Source: Ornithinibacter sp.
GTDB lineage: Bacteria > Actinomycetota > Actinomycetes > Actinomycetales > Dermatophilaceae
Length of the DNA stretch: 55,563 bases
Assembly: GCA_035433045.1 (NCBI GenBank)
Contig: DAORUF010000004.1
Coordinates: 1-55,563, forward strand
Reading direction: 5' to 3'
Below, piece by piece: positions 14,042 to 23,640 of the stretch (positions within the stretch are counted from its first letter, which is position 1; every line of letters starts with the position of its first letter). Made by a program: the position numbers and the translations under genes. Below the pieces are notes generated by a model, which was not told the origin of the DNA, did no database searches, and saw only the letters and a program-made list of their open reading frames with translations.

Positions 14042-14649
14042 TGCACATCGAGCCGCTGTCCATCGCTGGCGCCTTCGTCGTCACCCCGCGGCAGTTCCCC
14101 GACGACCGGGGGGTCTTCCTCGAATCCTTCCGTGGCGACCGCCTCGCCGAGCACCTCGGGCACCGGCCGGACATCGTGCAGACCAACGTCTCGGTCTCGG
14201 CGCGGGGCACGGTCCGTGGCATCCACTTCGCCGACGTCCCCCCCGGGCAGGGCAAGTACGTGACGGCCCTGACCGGGTCCCTCGTCGACTACGTCATCGA
14301 CGTGCGGGTGGGCTCCCCCACGTTCGGGCAGTGGGAAGCGGTCACCCTCGACACCACCGACCGGCGGGCGGTGTACCTCTCCGAGGGGCTGGGGCACGCG
14401 TTCTGCGCGCTCGAGGACGACACCACGGCCATGTACCTCTGCACGGCCACCTACAACCCGACCGGCGAGCACGGCATCCACCCGCTGGACGCCGAGGTCG
14501 GCCTCACCCTGCCCGACGGCATCGAGCCGCTGCTGTCGGCCAAGGACGAGGCGGCCCCGACCCTCGCCGACGCGGCGGCATCCGGCCTCCTCCCGACCTA
14601 CGCCGCGTGCACGGCCTGGGCGGCCACCCTCGCCGAACGCCCCCGCTGA
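14041..14649 (+). CDS. rmlC: dTDP-4-dehydrorhamnose 3,5-epimerase
   Basis: DDRGVF, RGIHF, DVRVGSPTFGQW, GLGHAF, LSAKD; TGATG coupling to rmlA. Confidence 0.95.
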
Positions 14650-14656
14650 CGGCGGA

Positions 14657-14687
14657 CGGACGGCATCCCTGGTCCGGATGCCGTCCG
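14657..14687. terminator. Hairpin between convergent rmlC and malic enzyme genes
   Basis: cggacggcatcc-N7-ggatgccgtccg. Confidence 0.55.
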
Positions 14688-14705
14688 CTCACCACCCGGG
14701 TCAGC

Positions 14706-15875
14706 TCACCTGCCGCTCCTGGCCAGGGCCACCACGGCTGAGGCAACGGAGTCGGTGACGCCCTCCTGGAACACCGAGGGCACGATGCACTCGGCACTCG
14801 GCTCCTCGACGAGGTCAGCGATCGCGTGGGCGGCCGCGAGCTTCATCGCCTCGGTGATCCGGGGGGCTCCGGAGTCCAGGGCGCCACGGAAGATCCCGGG
14901 GAAGGCCAGCACGTTGTTGATCTGGTTCGGGAAGTCCGAGCGGCCGGTGGCCACGATGGCCGCGTGCCGGTGCGCGACGTCCGGGTGCACCTCAGGCGTC
15001 GGGTTGGCGAGCGCGAAGATCATGCCGCCCGGCGCCATGAGAGCCACCTCGTCCTCCGGGACGGTGCCACCGGACACCCCGATGTAGACGTCGGCGCCGG
15101 TCAGGGCGGTGCTGATCCGGCCCGAGAGGCCGCGTGGGTTGGTCGAGGCCGCCAGCCGGCTCTTGTGGCCGGTGAGGTCCTGGCGGGACGGTGAGATGAT
15201 GCCGCGCGAGTCACAGACGACGACGTCGCGCACGCCGGCACGCTGGAGCAGCTTGGTCACGGCGACCCCGGCCGCACCCGCCCCGGAGACGACGACCCGC
15301 TGCTCGGGCAGGCGACGGTCCAGCACTCGCACGGCGTTCAGCAGCCCCGCGAGGACGACGATCGCCGTGCCGTGCTGGTCGTCGTGGAAGACGGGGATGT
15401 CGAGGCGCTCCTTGAGTTGCTCCTCGATGTCGAAGCAGCGCGGGGCCGAGATGTCCTCGAGGTTGATGCCTCCGTATGACGGCGCGATGCGGGCGATGGC
15501 GTCGACGAGCTCGTCGACCGTGCCCGTCTCCATGACCACCGGCACCGCGTCGATGCCGGCGAAGTGCTTGAACAGCACCGCCTTGCCCTCCATGACCGGC
15601 ATGGCCCCGAGCGGGCCGATGTCGCCGAGACCGAGCACCGCCGTGCCGTCGCTGATGACGGCCACGGTGTTGCCGCGTGCGGTGTACCGGCTCGACAGGG
15701 AGGGGTCGGCCGCGATGGCCAGCGACACCTCGGCGACGCCGGGCGTGTAGAGCAGCGAGAGGTCGTCCCGGTCGCGCAACGGCTTGGTCGCGTGTACCCC
15801 GAGCTTGCCGCCCTCGTGAGCACGAAAGACCGGGCTCTCCGGGTCGACGAAGGGGACGAGGGGCGACGCAGCCAT
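14706..15875 (-). CDS. NAD(P)-dependent malic enzyme
   Basis: YTPGVA, DGTAVLGLGDIG, MEGKAVLFK, INLEDI, FHDDQHGTA, GAGAAG, NQINNVLAFPGIF; AAGGAG RBS. Confidence 0.93.
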   Translation of the reverse strand: MAASPLVPFVDPESPVFRAHEGGKLGVHATKPLRDRDDLSLLYTPGVAEVSLAIAADPSLSSRYTARGNTVAVISDGTAVLGLGDIGPLGAMPVMEGKAVLFKHFAGIDAVPVVMETGTVDELVDAIARIAPSYGGINLEDISAPRCFDIEEQLKERLDIPVFHDDQHGTAIVVLAGLLNAVRVLDRRLPEQRVVVSGAGAAGVAVTKLLQRAGVRDVVVCDSRGIISPSRQDLTGHKSRLAASTNPRGLSGRISTALTGADVYIGVSGGTVPEDEVALMAPGGMIFALANPTPEVHPDVAHRHAAIVATGRSDFPNQINNVLAFPGIFRGALDSGAPRITEAMKLAAAHAIADLVEEPSAECIVPSVFQEGVTDSVASAVVALARSGR

Positions 15876-16105
15876 GGGAGGCAGCTCCTTCGGGGCGACG
15901 CGTCAGAAGCAGACGCGCGGGGGGTGGAAGCGCCCACGACGACGGTGGGCGGCGCGGCATCCGGGGAAGGGGTGAGGTTCCGAACGGCTCGCAGGGCGCG
16001 GGGGTGGCTGCGCTGCGCGCCATCATGACACGCTCGCCGGGTCCAGCACAGGGTCCACGGTGTGACCCCCGTCGCGTCCCCGGACCACGGAATCCGTTGC
16101 GCATG

Positions 16106-16123
16106 TTGTTACCGAGGCGTGAC
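16106..16123. promoter_or_regulatory. Candidate GlnR/MtrA-type box (GTnAC-N6-GTnAC)
   Basis: TTGTTACcgaggcGTGAC about 90 nt upstream of the amino-acid ABC operon. Confidence 0.45.
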
Positions 16124-16210
16124 GTGCGCAGGGCCCGGCGGTGGCAGTATCGCCCTCGTACCCCCGTGCCGCGTCGCACCCCTGCGGCACGCCCCCGTGA
16201 AAGGACGCAC

Positions 16211-17125
16211 ATGTTCCGCACCCGCGCGCTGGCCCTGGCCGCCGTCGCCTCGACCGCCCTCGCCCTGACCGCCTGTGGTTCCGACTCCCTCTCCGAGGGT
16301 GACGCGAGCGCCACTCCCGAAGCGTCGACGAGCGCCCCGACCGTCGACGAGGCCCTGGTCGCCAAGCTCCCCGAGAGCATCAAGAGCGCCGGCGTCATCA
16401 AGATCGGCACCGACGCCACCTACCAGCCCAACGAGTTCCTCGACGCCGACGGCAAGACCGTCATCGGCATGGACGTCGACCTCTTCGACGCGGTCATGGC
16501 CAAGTTCGGGGTCAAGACCGAGTGGGTTCCCTCCGCCTTCGACGCGATCATCCTCGGCGTCCAGAGCGGCAAGTACGACGTCGGTGTCTCGAGCTTCACG
16601 GTGAACAACGAGCGCATGGCGCAGGCCACGATGGTCAGCTACTTCAAGGCCGGCACCCAGTGGGTGACCCAGAAGGGCAACCCGAAGGCCATCAACCCCG
16701 ACGACGCGTGCGGCAAGACCGTGGCCGTGCAGAAGGGCACCGTGCAGGCCGACGTCGACCTGCCCGCCCGCCAGAAGGCGTGCACGGATGCCGGCAAGCC
16801 GGAGATCAACGTCCTCGTCGACGCCGACCAGGCCAAGGTGACCGCCAGCGTTCAGTCGGGCAAGGCCGACGCCATGCTCGTCGACCTCCCGCCGGCCATC
16901 GCCGCGGTCGACCTGACCGGTGGCCAGCTCGAGCTGCTCGGTGAGCAGTACGACTCGGCCCCGTACGGCTACGTCCTCAAGAAGGAGGACACCGCGTTCG
17001 GTGAGGCCATCGTCGAGGCGCTCAAGCAGCTGGAGTCCGAGGGCACGTACCTCGAGATCCTGACGAAGTGGAAGACCGAGGGCGGCGCGATCAACGACTT
17101 CGCCGTGAATCCGACGGTCTCCTGA
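16211..17125 (+). CDS. Polar amino-acid ABC transporter substrate-binding lipoprotein
   Basis: Lipobox LTAC, IKIGTDATYQP, GMDVDL, VAVQKGT, PYGY; GAAAGGA RBS before ATG 16211. Confidence 0.9.
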   Translation: MFRTRALALAAVASTALALTACGSDSLSEGDASATPEASTSAPTVDEALVAKLPESIKSAGVIKIGTDATYQPNEFLDADGKTVIGMDVDLFDAVMAKFGVKTEWVPSAFDAIILGVQSGKYDVGVSSFTVNNERMAQATMVSYFKAGTQWVTQKGNPKAINPDDACGKTVAVQKGTVQADVDLPARQKACTDAGKPEINVLVDADQAKVTASVQSGKADAMLVDLPPAIAAVDLTGGQLELLGEQYDSAPYGYVLKKEDTAFGEAIVEALKQLESEGTYLEILTKWKTEGGAINDFAVNPTVS

Positions 17126-17129
17126 CGCC

Positions 17130-18074
17130 ATGACGTCGACCACGCAGGACCGGCCGGGCCGCATCGAGGCCCGGCCGGTCCGGCACCCCTGGCGGTGGGT
17201 TGCCATGGCCGTCATCGCGGTGCTCGCCGCCATGATGGTCAGCTCGTTCCTCACGAACGACAAGTGGAACTTCCCCTTCGCGTTCGAGATCATGCAGCAG
17301 AGCCCCGTCATCGAGGGCCTGTGGAAGGGCACCATCTTCGGCACGGTCGGGGCGATGATCCTCGGCATCGGGCTCGGGGTCGTGCTCGCCGTCATGCGGC
17401 TGTCGACCAACCCGGTGCTGCGCGGGGTGGCGTTCGTCTACACGTGGTTCTTCCGGGCCATCCCCCGCTACGTCCTGCTCGTGCTCCTCGGCACCGGCAT
17501 CGGCTTCCTCTACCCCGTGTTCGACATCGGGGTGCCGTTCGGTCAGCAGATCGGCAACGCCCTGGGCATCGAGGGTGGTCTGACGTTCTTCACGCTCGAC
17601 TACAACAGCATCTCGAGCACCATCTGGGTCGGCATCCTCGGTCTTGGCCTGTCCGAGGCCGCCTACATGGCCGAGATCGCCCGCGCCGGCATCATGTCGG
17701 TCGACAAGGGCCAGACCGAGGCCGCCCAGGCCCTCGGCATGCCCCCCGGCAAGACGATGCGGCGCGTCGTGCTGCCCCAGGCGATGCGGGTGATCGTGCC
17801 GCCGACGGGTAACGAGACCATCGCGATGGTCAAGGACACCTCGCTGCTCGCCGCGGTTCCCGTCATCGTCGAGCTGTTCTACCAGAGCTACCAGTTCGGC
17901 CAGCGCAGCTTCCAGATCATGCCCGGCATCGTCGCGGCGACCATCTGGTACCTCATCGTCTGCTCGATCCTCATGGTCGGTCAGTCCCGCCTCGAGCGCT
18001 ACTACGGCCGTGGCTTCGGAGCCGTCCCCAAGAAGACCCAGCACAAGCTCACCAAGATCGGGGCGGACCACTGA
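17130..18074 (+). CDS. Polar amino-acid ABC transporter permease
   Basis: [23 protein letters not shown] (EAA loop), LPQAMR, KDTSL. Confidence 0.92.
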   Translation: MTSTTQDRPGRIEARPVRHPWRWVAMAVIAVLAAMMVSSFLTNDKWNFPFAFEIMQQSPVIEGLWKGTIFGTVGAMILGIGLGVVLAVMRLSTNPVLRGVAFVYTWFFRAIPRYVLLVLLGTGIGFLYPVFDIGVPFGQQIGNALGIEGGLTFFTLDYNSISSTIWVGILGLGLSEAAYMAEIARAGIMSVDKGQTEAAQALGMPPGKTMRRVVLPQAMRVIVPPTGNETIAMVKDTSLLAAVPVIVELFYQSYQFGQRSFQIMPGIVAATIWYLIVCSILMVGQSRLERYYGRGFGAVPKKTQHKLTKIGADH

Positions 18075-18910
18075 TGGCAGACTCCACGGACCGAACCGGC
18101 TCGGATGCCGCGCCGCTCGTCCACGCCGTCAACGTCACCAAGGCGTTCCACGGCAACGAGGTGCTCAAGGGCATCGACATGGACGTCGCCCGCGGCGAGG
18201 TCGTCGTCCTCCTCGGCCCGTCCGGGTCGGGCAAGACCACCTTCCTGCGCTGCATCAACCAGCTCGAGACCATCGACGGCGGCCGCATCTGGGTCGACGG
18301 CGACCTCATGGGCTACGAGGACCGCGGCGGGGTGCTGCACCACCTCACCGACAAGCAGATCGCTGGACAGCGCCGCGAGATCGGGATGTGTTTCCAACGG
18401 TTCAACCTGTTCCCGCACAAGACGGTGCTCGAGAACATCATCGAGGCGCCCACCCAGGTCAAGGGCGTCAGCAAGGCCGAGGCGAAGGCTCGTGCCGTGG
18501 AACTGCTCGAGCAGGTGGGGCTGTCCGACAAGCCGGCCGCCTACCCGTCGCAGCTGTCCGGCGGGCAGCAGCAGCGAGTGGCGATCGCGCGGGCGCTCGC
18601 GATGGACCCCAAGCTCATGCTCTTCGACGAGCCGACGAGCGCGCTCGACCCCGAACTCGTCGGTGAGGTGCTCAAGGTCATGCGTGACCTGGCCGAAGGC
18701 GGTATGACGATGATCGTCGTCACCCACGAGATGGGCTTCGCCCGCGAGGTCGCCGATCGCGTCGTCTTCATGGACGCCGGCGTCGTCGTCGAACAGGGCC
18801 CCCCGTCGGAGGTCATCGGCAACCCCCAGCACGCCCGCACCCGGGCCTTCCTGTCCCGCATGCGCCAGGAGGAGGCCGCACACGCCGCCGCCCAGGACCC
18901 CATCGCATAG
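18074..18910 (+). CDS. Polar amino-acid ABC transporter ATP-binding protein
   Basis: [51 protein letters not shown]. Confidence 0.95.
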   Translation: MADSTDRTGSDAAPLVHAVNVTKAFHGNEVLKGIDMDVARGEVVVLLGPSGSGKTTFLRCINQLETIDGGRIWVDGDLMGYEDRGGVLHHLTDKQIAGQRREIGMCFQRFNLFPHKTVLENIIEAPTQVKGVSKAEAKARAVELLEQVGLSDKPAAYPSQLSGGQQQRVAIARALAMDPKLMLFDEPTSALDPELVGEVLKVMRDLAEGGMTMIVVTHEMGFAREVADRVVFMDAGVVVEQGPPSEVIGNPQHARTRAFLSRMRQEEAAHAAAQDPIA

Positions 18911-18912
18911 CG

Positions 18913-19251
18913 GTGAGACCCCGGTCGCGGATGCCGCTGCCCGCCCTCGTGCGGGTACGCGGCGTCTCGATGCTGCCCACCCACCGCGAAGGTGACGTCC
19001 TGCTCGTGGTGCGTGGGCGGCATCCGCGCCCCGGCCAGGTCGCCGTCGTGCGCCTTCCCCCGGACGCCTCGGGCACCCCGAGACCGCTGTCTGTCAAACG
19101 GGTCACCGGCCCCGATCCGCACGATCCGACCCGGTGGTGGATCGACTCCGACAACGCCGCCCAGGGGCTGACGTCCTTCGACGTCGGTTCGCTCGCGACC
19201 GACGACATCGTTGCCGTCGTCGTCGGTCGACTCTGGCGGCCGCTGAGGTAG
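18913..19251 (+). CDS. sodX: Nickel-SOD maturation protease (S26-like)
   Basis: GVSMLPT (Ser), VKRV (Lys), DN...S motif; directly upstream of sodN; start uncertain (18913 or 18931). Confidence 0.8.
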   Translation: MRPRSRMPLPALVRVRGVSMLPTHREGDVLLVVRGRHPRPGQVAVVRLPPDASGTPRPLSVKRVTGPDPHDPTRWWIDSDNAAQGLTSFDVGSLATDDIVAVVVGRLWRPLR

Positions 19252-19295
19252 GTTGACGGGGACCGCGAGATCCCCACATCTTCAGGAGAGAGACC

Positions 19296-19691
19296 ATGCT
19301 GTCGCTGTTCCGCATCACCGATGTCTCCGCCCACTGCGACCTGCCCTGTGGCGTGTACGACCCGGCTCAGGCACGCATCGAGGCCGAGTCGATCAAGGCG
19401 ATCATCGCCAAGGTCGCCGACAACGACGACCCCGACTTCCGCACCCGTGCGATCGTCATCAAGGAGCAGCGCTCCGAACTCGTCAAGCACCACCTCTGGG
19501 TGCTGTGGACCGACTACTTCAAGCCCCCGCACTTCGAGAAGTACCCCGAGCTGCACACCCTGGTCAACGAGGCCACGAAGCTTGCGGGCGCGTCCGGCAC
19601 CAAGGGCGAGCTCGACGCGGCGAAGGCGGACGAGCTGCTCGCCAAGATCGACGAGATCGCCAAGATCTTCTGGGAGACCAAGAAGGCCTGA
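19296..19691 (+). CDS. sodN: Nickel superoxide dismutase precursor
   Basis: Ni-hook HCDLPCGVYDP after a 12-aa propeptide; LWTDYFKPPH; FWETKKA. Confidence 0.97.
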   Translation: MLSLFRITDVSAHCDLPCGVYDPAQARIEAESIKAIIAKVADNDDPDFRTRAIVIKEQRSELVKHHLWVLWTDYFKPPHFEKYPELHTLVNEATKLAGASGTKGELDAAKADELLAKIDEIAKIFWETKKA

Positions 19692-19718
19692 CCCGGCCTT
19701 CCTGACCTACCTGTCGGC

Positions 19719-19757
19719 AGCCGACCGACATGCCGCTTCGCGGTGTGTCGGTCGGCT
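19719..19757. terminator. Hairpin between convergent sodN and manA
   Basis: agccgaccgacatgccgc-ttc-gcggtgtgtcggtcggct. Confidence 0.6.
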
Positions 19758-19771
19758 TGCTGCAGGAAGGG

Positions 19772-20932
19772 TCAGGACGACGGTGGCGGAACGCTCGCCA
19801 CGTAGACCTCGCCGGATCCCTCGAGAGCGACCGTCCCCTCACCCGCAGGCAGGAACGCGGACTCGGCGTCACGCAGGTCGAGCACCCGGGAGCCCGAGCG
19901 AAGGGTGACCGTGCCCCGCAGGCAGAACGCGATGCGAGGCCCCCTGCCACCGGGCAGGACGCGCCCGGGCGTCACCCGATAGAGCACGAACCGGTCCGAC
20001 ATGCTGTCAAAGACCTCGAGGCCCGGCTCCACCACGCGTCCACGACCGGCGATGCCACCCGCGCGCGGGTCGACGATCCGCAGGAGCTCCGCGACGTTGA
20101 CCTCCTTGCTGGTCAGTCCGGCGCGCACCACGTTGTCGGAGTTGGCGAGCACCTCGATCCCGAGCCCTCGCACGTACGAGTGCAGCACTCCTGCCGCGAC
20201 GTCGACGTACTCCCCCGGCTCGAGGACGCGGTAGTGCATGAGCAGCAGGACGACGAGCCCGATGTCGTCGGGGTGCTCCTCGGCCACCCCGACGATGGCG
20301 GCGGCCGCGTGGCCGAGGTCATCTCCCGACGCCTCGAGCCGGACACAGGCGGCCACGATCGATCGTGCGAACTCGTCGACCTCCTCCGCCGGGGTCGCGA
20401 GCACGAGTGCCAGCGCCTCGTGCACCGGGTCCGCCGCCGACGACGCCTGCTCGACGATCGTCGTGAACCGGTTGACCTTCAGGCGCCGAGCCAGCTCGAC
20501 GACCTCGACGAAACTGCGCATGCCGACGAACACCTCGAAGGGGGCCAGCGCCAGCAGCAGCTCGGGTTTGGCCCAGTCGTCGACGTAGACGGCATCGCGG
20601 GTCCGGGCGCGCTCCGCGCACGCCTGCTCGGCCGTGGGGTGTGCCTGGATCGAGATGGCCCGCCCCGGGGCCAGCACCTTGAGCAGGAAAGGGAGTCGAG
20701 GGCCGAACCGATCGATGCAGTCAGCCCCCAGCTCCTGGACGGCATCGGCGGCGATCACGGCGGCGAGGTCCGGGTTGCCCGGGCGATCAGTGCCGCTCGC
20801 ACCTCCCTCGTGGGCCCCCATCCACAGTTCGGACTCCGGTTCCGGGCTCGGGATGTCACGGCCCTGCAGGCTGGCGATCGAGACGCGCGATCCCCACGCG
20901 TCGGAGAAGACGACGGGCGTCAGACGATCCAC
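19772..20932 (-). CDS. manA: Mannose-6-phosphate isomerase, class I
   Basis: AWGS, ELWMGAH, LPFLLKVL, SIQAHP, KPE, LHSY, EVLANSDNVVRAGLTSK. Confidence 0.9.
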   Translation of the reverse strand: MDRLTPVVFSDAWGSRVSIASLQGRDIPSPEPESELWMGAHEGGASGTDRPGNPDLAAVIAADAVQELGADCIDRFGPRLPFLLKVLAPGRAISIQAHPTAEQACAERARTRDAVYVDDWAKPELLLALAPFEVFVGMRSFVEVVELARRLKVNRFTTIVEQASSAADPVHEALALVLATPAEEVDEFARSIVAACVRLEASGDDLGHAAAAIVGVAEEHPDDIGLVVLLLMHYRVLEPGEYVDVAAGVLHSYVRGLGIEVLANSDNVVRAGLTSKEVNVAELLRIVDPRAGGIAGRGRVVEPGLEVFDSMSDRFVLYRVTPGRVLPGGRGPRIAFCLRGTVTLRSGSRVLDLRDAESAFLPAGEGTVALEGSGEVYVASVPPPSS

Positions 20933-21008
20933 GGCAGAGCAACTCTCGGGGTCCGGGGTCCCGCTCGGCGTGCACTGGCCGAAGCGGGTGGAAGAACGAC
21001 CTCAGATG

Positions 21009-22340
21009 CTAACGCGGATCACGGTGCCCGGGGCCGGACCGGCCGGGGGCAGTGGCCGACGTCACCACCGCAAGTGCCGTCACGACGTCCGGGTCGTACT
21101 CGTAGCCCAGTCCCAGTTGGATCCGCTCGAGCGCGGCGTCGACGGCCGACGCCCCCGAGTCCTTCTGGGTGAGGTCGTCGTACGCGTTCGCCACCTTGAT
21201 GATCCGACTCCCGAGGGCGACGTCCTCCCCGAGTTCGCGCACCCGCCGGTACGGAGTGGGCACCGATTCGACGATCGAGGCGATGTTCTCCAGCCCCGAG
21301 GCCCGGCGGATGATGCGAGCGCCCTCGCTGGAGATCTCAAGCTGGTCACTCGGTGCAGCCAGCACCGTGGCACCACCGGGAATGGGCTCGGTCAACGAGA
21401 TCTGGCCGAGATCGTGCAGCAGGGCTGCGTATTCGACGTCTCGCAGCTCACGGCCCGACAGGCCGAGCACCCGGCCCATCCGCACGCTGGAGACCGCGAC
21501 CCGCTCAGCGTGCCCCGAGGGGGTGTACCCACCAGCCTCGGTGAGCCCGGAGAGGATGGCGATCGTCTGTCGGTAGATCTCTCGGTTCCTCGAGGCCCGG
21601 TCCACGGCCACGTACGTGATGGCGAGCGGGAACAGCGCAACGGGCAGTGCCAGGAGTCCCAACTGCGGTGCCATGAGCGCAACCATCGGCCCCGTGGTGA
21701 TGACCGCATAGGTGAGCGGGGCCACCTCTCCGGCCTCGTCCCGCAGCGCGGAGGACCACGCCGTGCGCTGACGTTCCGAGCGCACCGCGGACGACAACCC
21801 GATCTCGACGGTGAGACCGATGGCGGCGATGACGAGGAACCCGGCAGCCACGACGGCGAGCGGCACCTGCTCGCCGACATCGAGGTCCCAGAGCGGTAGG
21901 CCCCACGGGCTCGCTGCCCGCGCCAACCAGGCGGCCACACCGACGCCGACGAGGCGGGCCGCCATCTGGTCGACGCGCACCGCACGACCGAAGGCCAATC
22001 GCACCACCGCCGCGAGGACCAGCCCCGCCGCCACGACCAGCACGACGACCCCGGAGGGCACGTCGAAGGTCGGCTCGCCTGCGATGTCCCCGACGAACGC
22101 GAGCGCCAAGGCTGACGCCGACGCGAGCGGCGCCGCCTCCCGCCGGCTCGGCATCCGCAGTCGCACCAACTCTCCGGCCACGAGGGCGACGACGAACACG
22201 ACGATCGTCCGGTAGTGCAGGCCCGACGCCCAGCCAGCACTGCCGAATGCCGTCGTGAGGGCTGCCGCGGCCGTGAGGATGCCGAGTGCGAGCAGGGCGG
22301 CTGCTCGGGGTCGCTCGAGGAGCGGACGCGGGACGCTCAT
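21009..22340 (-). CDS. Multi-TM membrane protein with degenerate HD-GYP-like domain
   Basis: About 7 hydrophobic segments, then GHAERVA, AALLHDLG, SRIIKVANAYDDL, YDPDVV; no HHE...GYP motif. Confidence 0.8.
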   Translation of the reverse strand: MSVPRPLLERPRAAALLALGILTAAAALTTAFGSAGWASGLHYRTIVVFVVALVAGELVRLRMPSRREAAPLASASALALAFVGDIAGEPTFDVPSGVVVLVVAAGLVLAAVVRLAFGRAVRVDQMAARLVGVGVAAWLARAASPWGLPLWDLDVGEQVPLAVVAAGFLVIAAIGLTVEIGLSSAVRSERQRTAWSSALRDEAGEVAPLTYAVITTGPMVALMAPQLGLLALPVALFPLAITYVAVDRASRNREIYRQTIAILSGLTEAGGYTPSGHAERVAVSSVRMGRVLGLSGRELRDVEYAALLHDLGQISLTEPIPGGATVLAAPSDQLEISSEGARIIRRASGLENIASIVESVPTPYRRVRELGEDVALGSRIIKVANAYDDLTQKDSGASAVDAALERIQLGLGYEYDPDVVTALAVVTSATAPGRSGPGHRDPR

Positions 22341-23626
22341 GCGCCGGCCACGTTTGCTCGGCGCACGAGAGCCTGCTCGAGGGTCGGCAGCAGGCCGTGG
22401 TCATTCGGGGAGCGTGCTCGAAGGGCCGCCATGGCCTCGTCATGGGTGAGCACACGGCCATCAGGGCTACCGACCTCGGTGAGGAGGTCGTACTCGTCGG
22501 CCAGTCCGACCACCAGCGCTGGCAACCCCAGGGCTGCGCCCTCGGCGCCCGACCCGACGGCCTCGCGGTGGTGGGCGACGGCATCCACCGATCCGGCGAG
22601 GAAACCGACTTCCTGCACCAGGCGAGCACCTCGCTGCGGATAGTCGCCCAGCGCGACGCTGGCACCGACGGATTCGCGGCGCACCGTCGCCGTCGGCAGC
22701 GTCGTCAGGCCCAGATCGTGAAGCATGCCCGCGGCGCGGATGTCGGCGACGACGGCAGGGCGCAGTCCGAGCGACTCAGCCATGTGCACACTGAGCTGGG
22801 CCACCCGCGCGCTGTGTCCGGCCAGGTGCGGCGCCTTGGACTCCACAGCGCCGACCAGCACCCCGAGGGCCCGCTCATGGCCCTTGACCTCGTCGCTGTA
22901 CTGGTTGAAGGCCCACCGGGCCACGAGCAGTGGTGGGAGCACGAGGACGACCCCGAACGGGCCGAGACCCACCGGCTCCCAGAGCACCACCAGGATGAAC
23001 GCGATGACGCCGTAGCCGAGCTGGTTCGGGCCGCTCGTGACCAGCAGGCGCCAGATCTGGGTGCGCATCGGGACACCCTGGGCCAGCCTGACGACCATGG
23101 CGATGAGCAGCAGGTTGGCAAGCGCCTGCGCGACATCGGCGACCAGGATCGGGAGACCGACGGCGCGAGCGATCTCCCACGGACCCGTGAGGCCCGCACC
23201 CCCGACCACCCCGCCGGCAGCCCGGTACACGACGCCCCCGAAGACCCCGAGCAGGGAGAACATGCCGGTGTTGAACAGGCGAGCCCGCCACGGCTGTTTG
23301 CCCCTCTGGAGCGGGCCCACGAGGATCCCGACGATGCCGGCCCCGGCGGGGCCGAGGAGGGCCATGGACGCCACGAGGACGATGCTGGAGAACGACAGAC
23401 TGACGCTGTTCGTCGTGAGTCCGATGCTCCCCTGCCACCACGTGAGCACGGCGAGGACCAGCAACACGGCCAACGCCACGTCCATGACGAGGCCGTCGAT
23501 GCGGATGGCGGCTGCCGTGGCACCCAGCCCGGCCGTGAAGACGACGGCGACGAAGACGCTGAGGGCTGACGGCTGCACCACCCGCCCGAGGATGGGGCGA
23601 TGTCCAGCAGAGCCAGTCATCGACAT
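22337..23626 (-). CDS. Multi-TM membrane protein with degenerate HD-GYP-like domain
   Basis: About 6-7 hydrophobic segments, then GHSARVA, AGMLHDLG, AHHRE, LADEYDLL; GYP absent; start at ATG 23626 or 23620; stop overlaps next start (ATGA). Confidence 0.8.
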   Translation of the reverse strand: MSMTGSAGHRPILGRVVQPSALSVFVAVVFTAGLGATAAAIRIDGLVMDVALAVLLVLAVLTWWQGSIGLTTNSVSLSFSSIVLVASMALLGPAGAGIVGILVGPLQRGKQPWRARLFNTGMFSLLGVFGGVVYRAAGGVVGGAGLTGPWEIARAVGLPILVADVAQALANLLLIAMVVRLAQGVPMRTQIWRLLVTSGPNQLGYGVIAFILVVLWEPVGLGPFGVVLVLPPLLVARWAFNQYSDEVKGHERALGVLVGAVESKAPHLAGHSARVAQLSVHMAESLGLRPAVVADIRAAGMLHDLGLTTLPTATVRRESVGASVALGDYPQRGARLVQEVGFLAGSVDAVAHHREAVGSGAEGAALGLPALVVGLADEYDLLTEVGSPDGRVLTHDEAMAALRARSPNDHGLLPTLEQALVRRANVAGA

Positions 23627-23640
23627 CCGCACACGATGGG

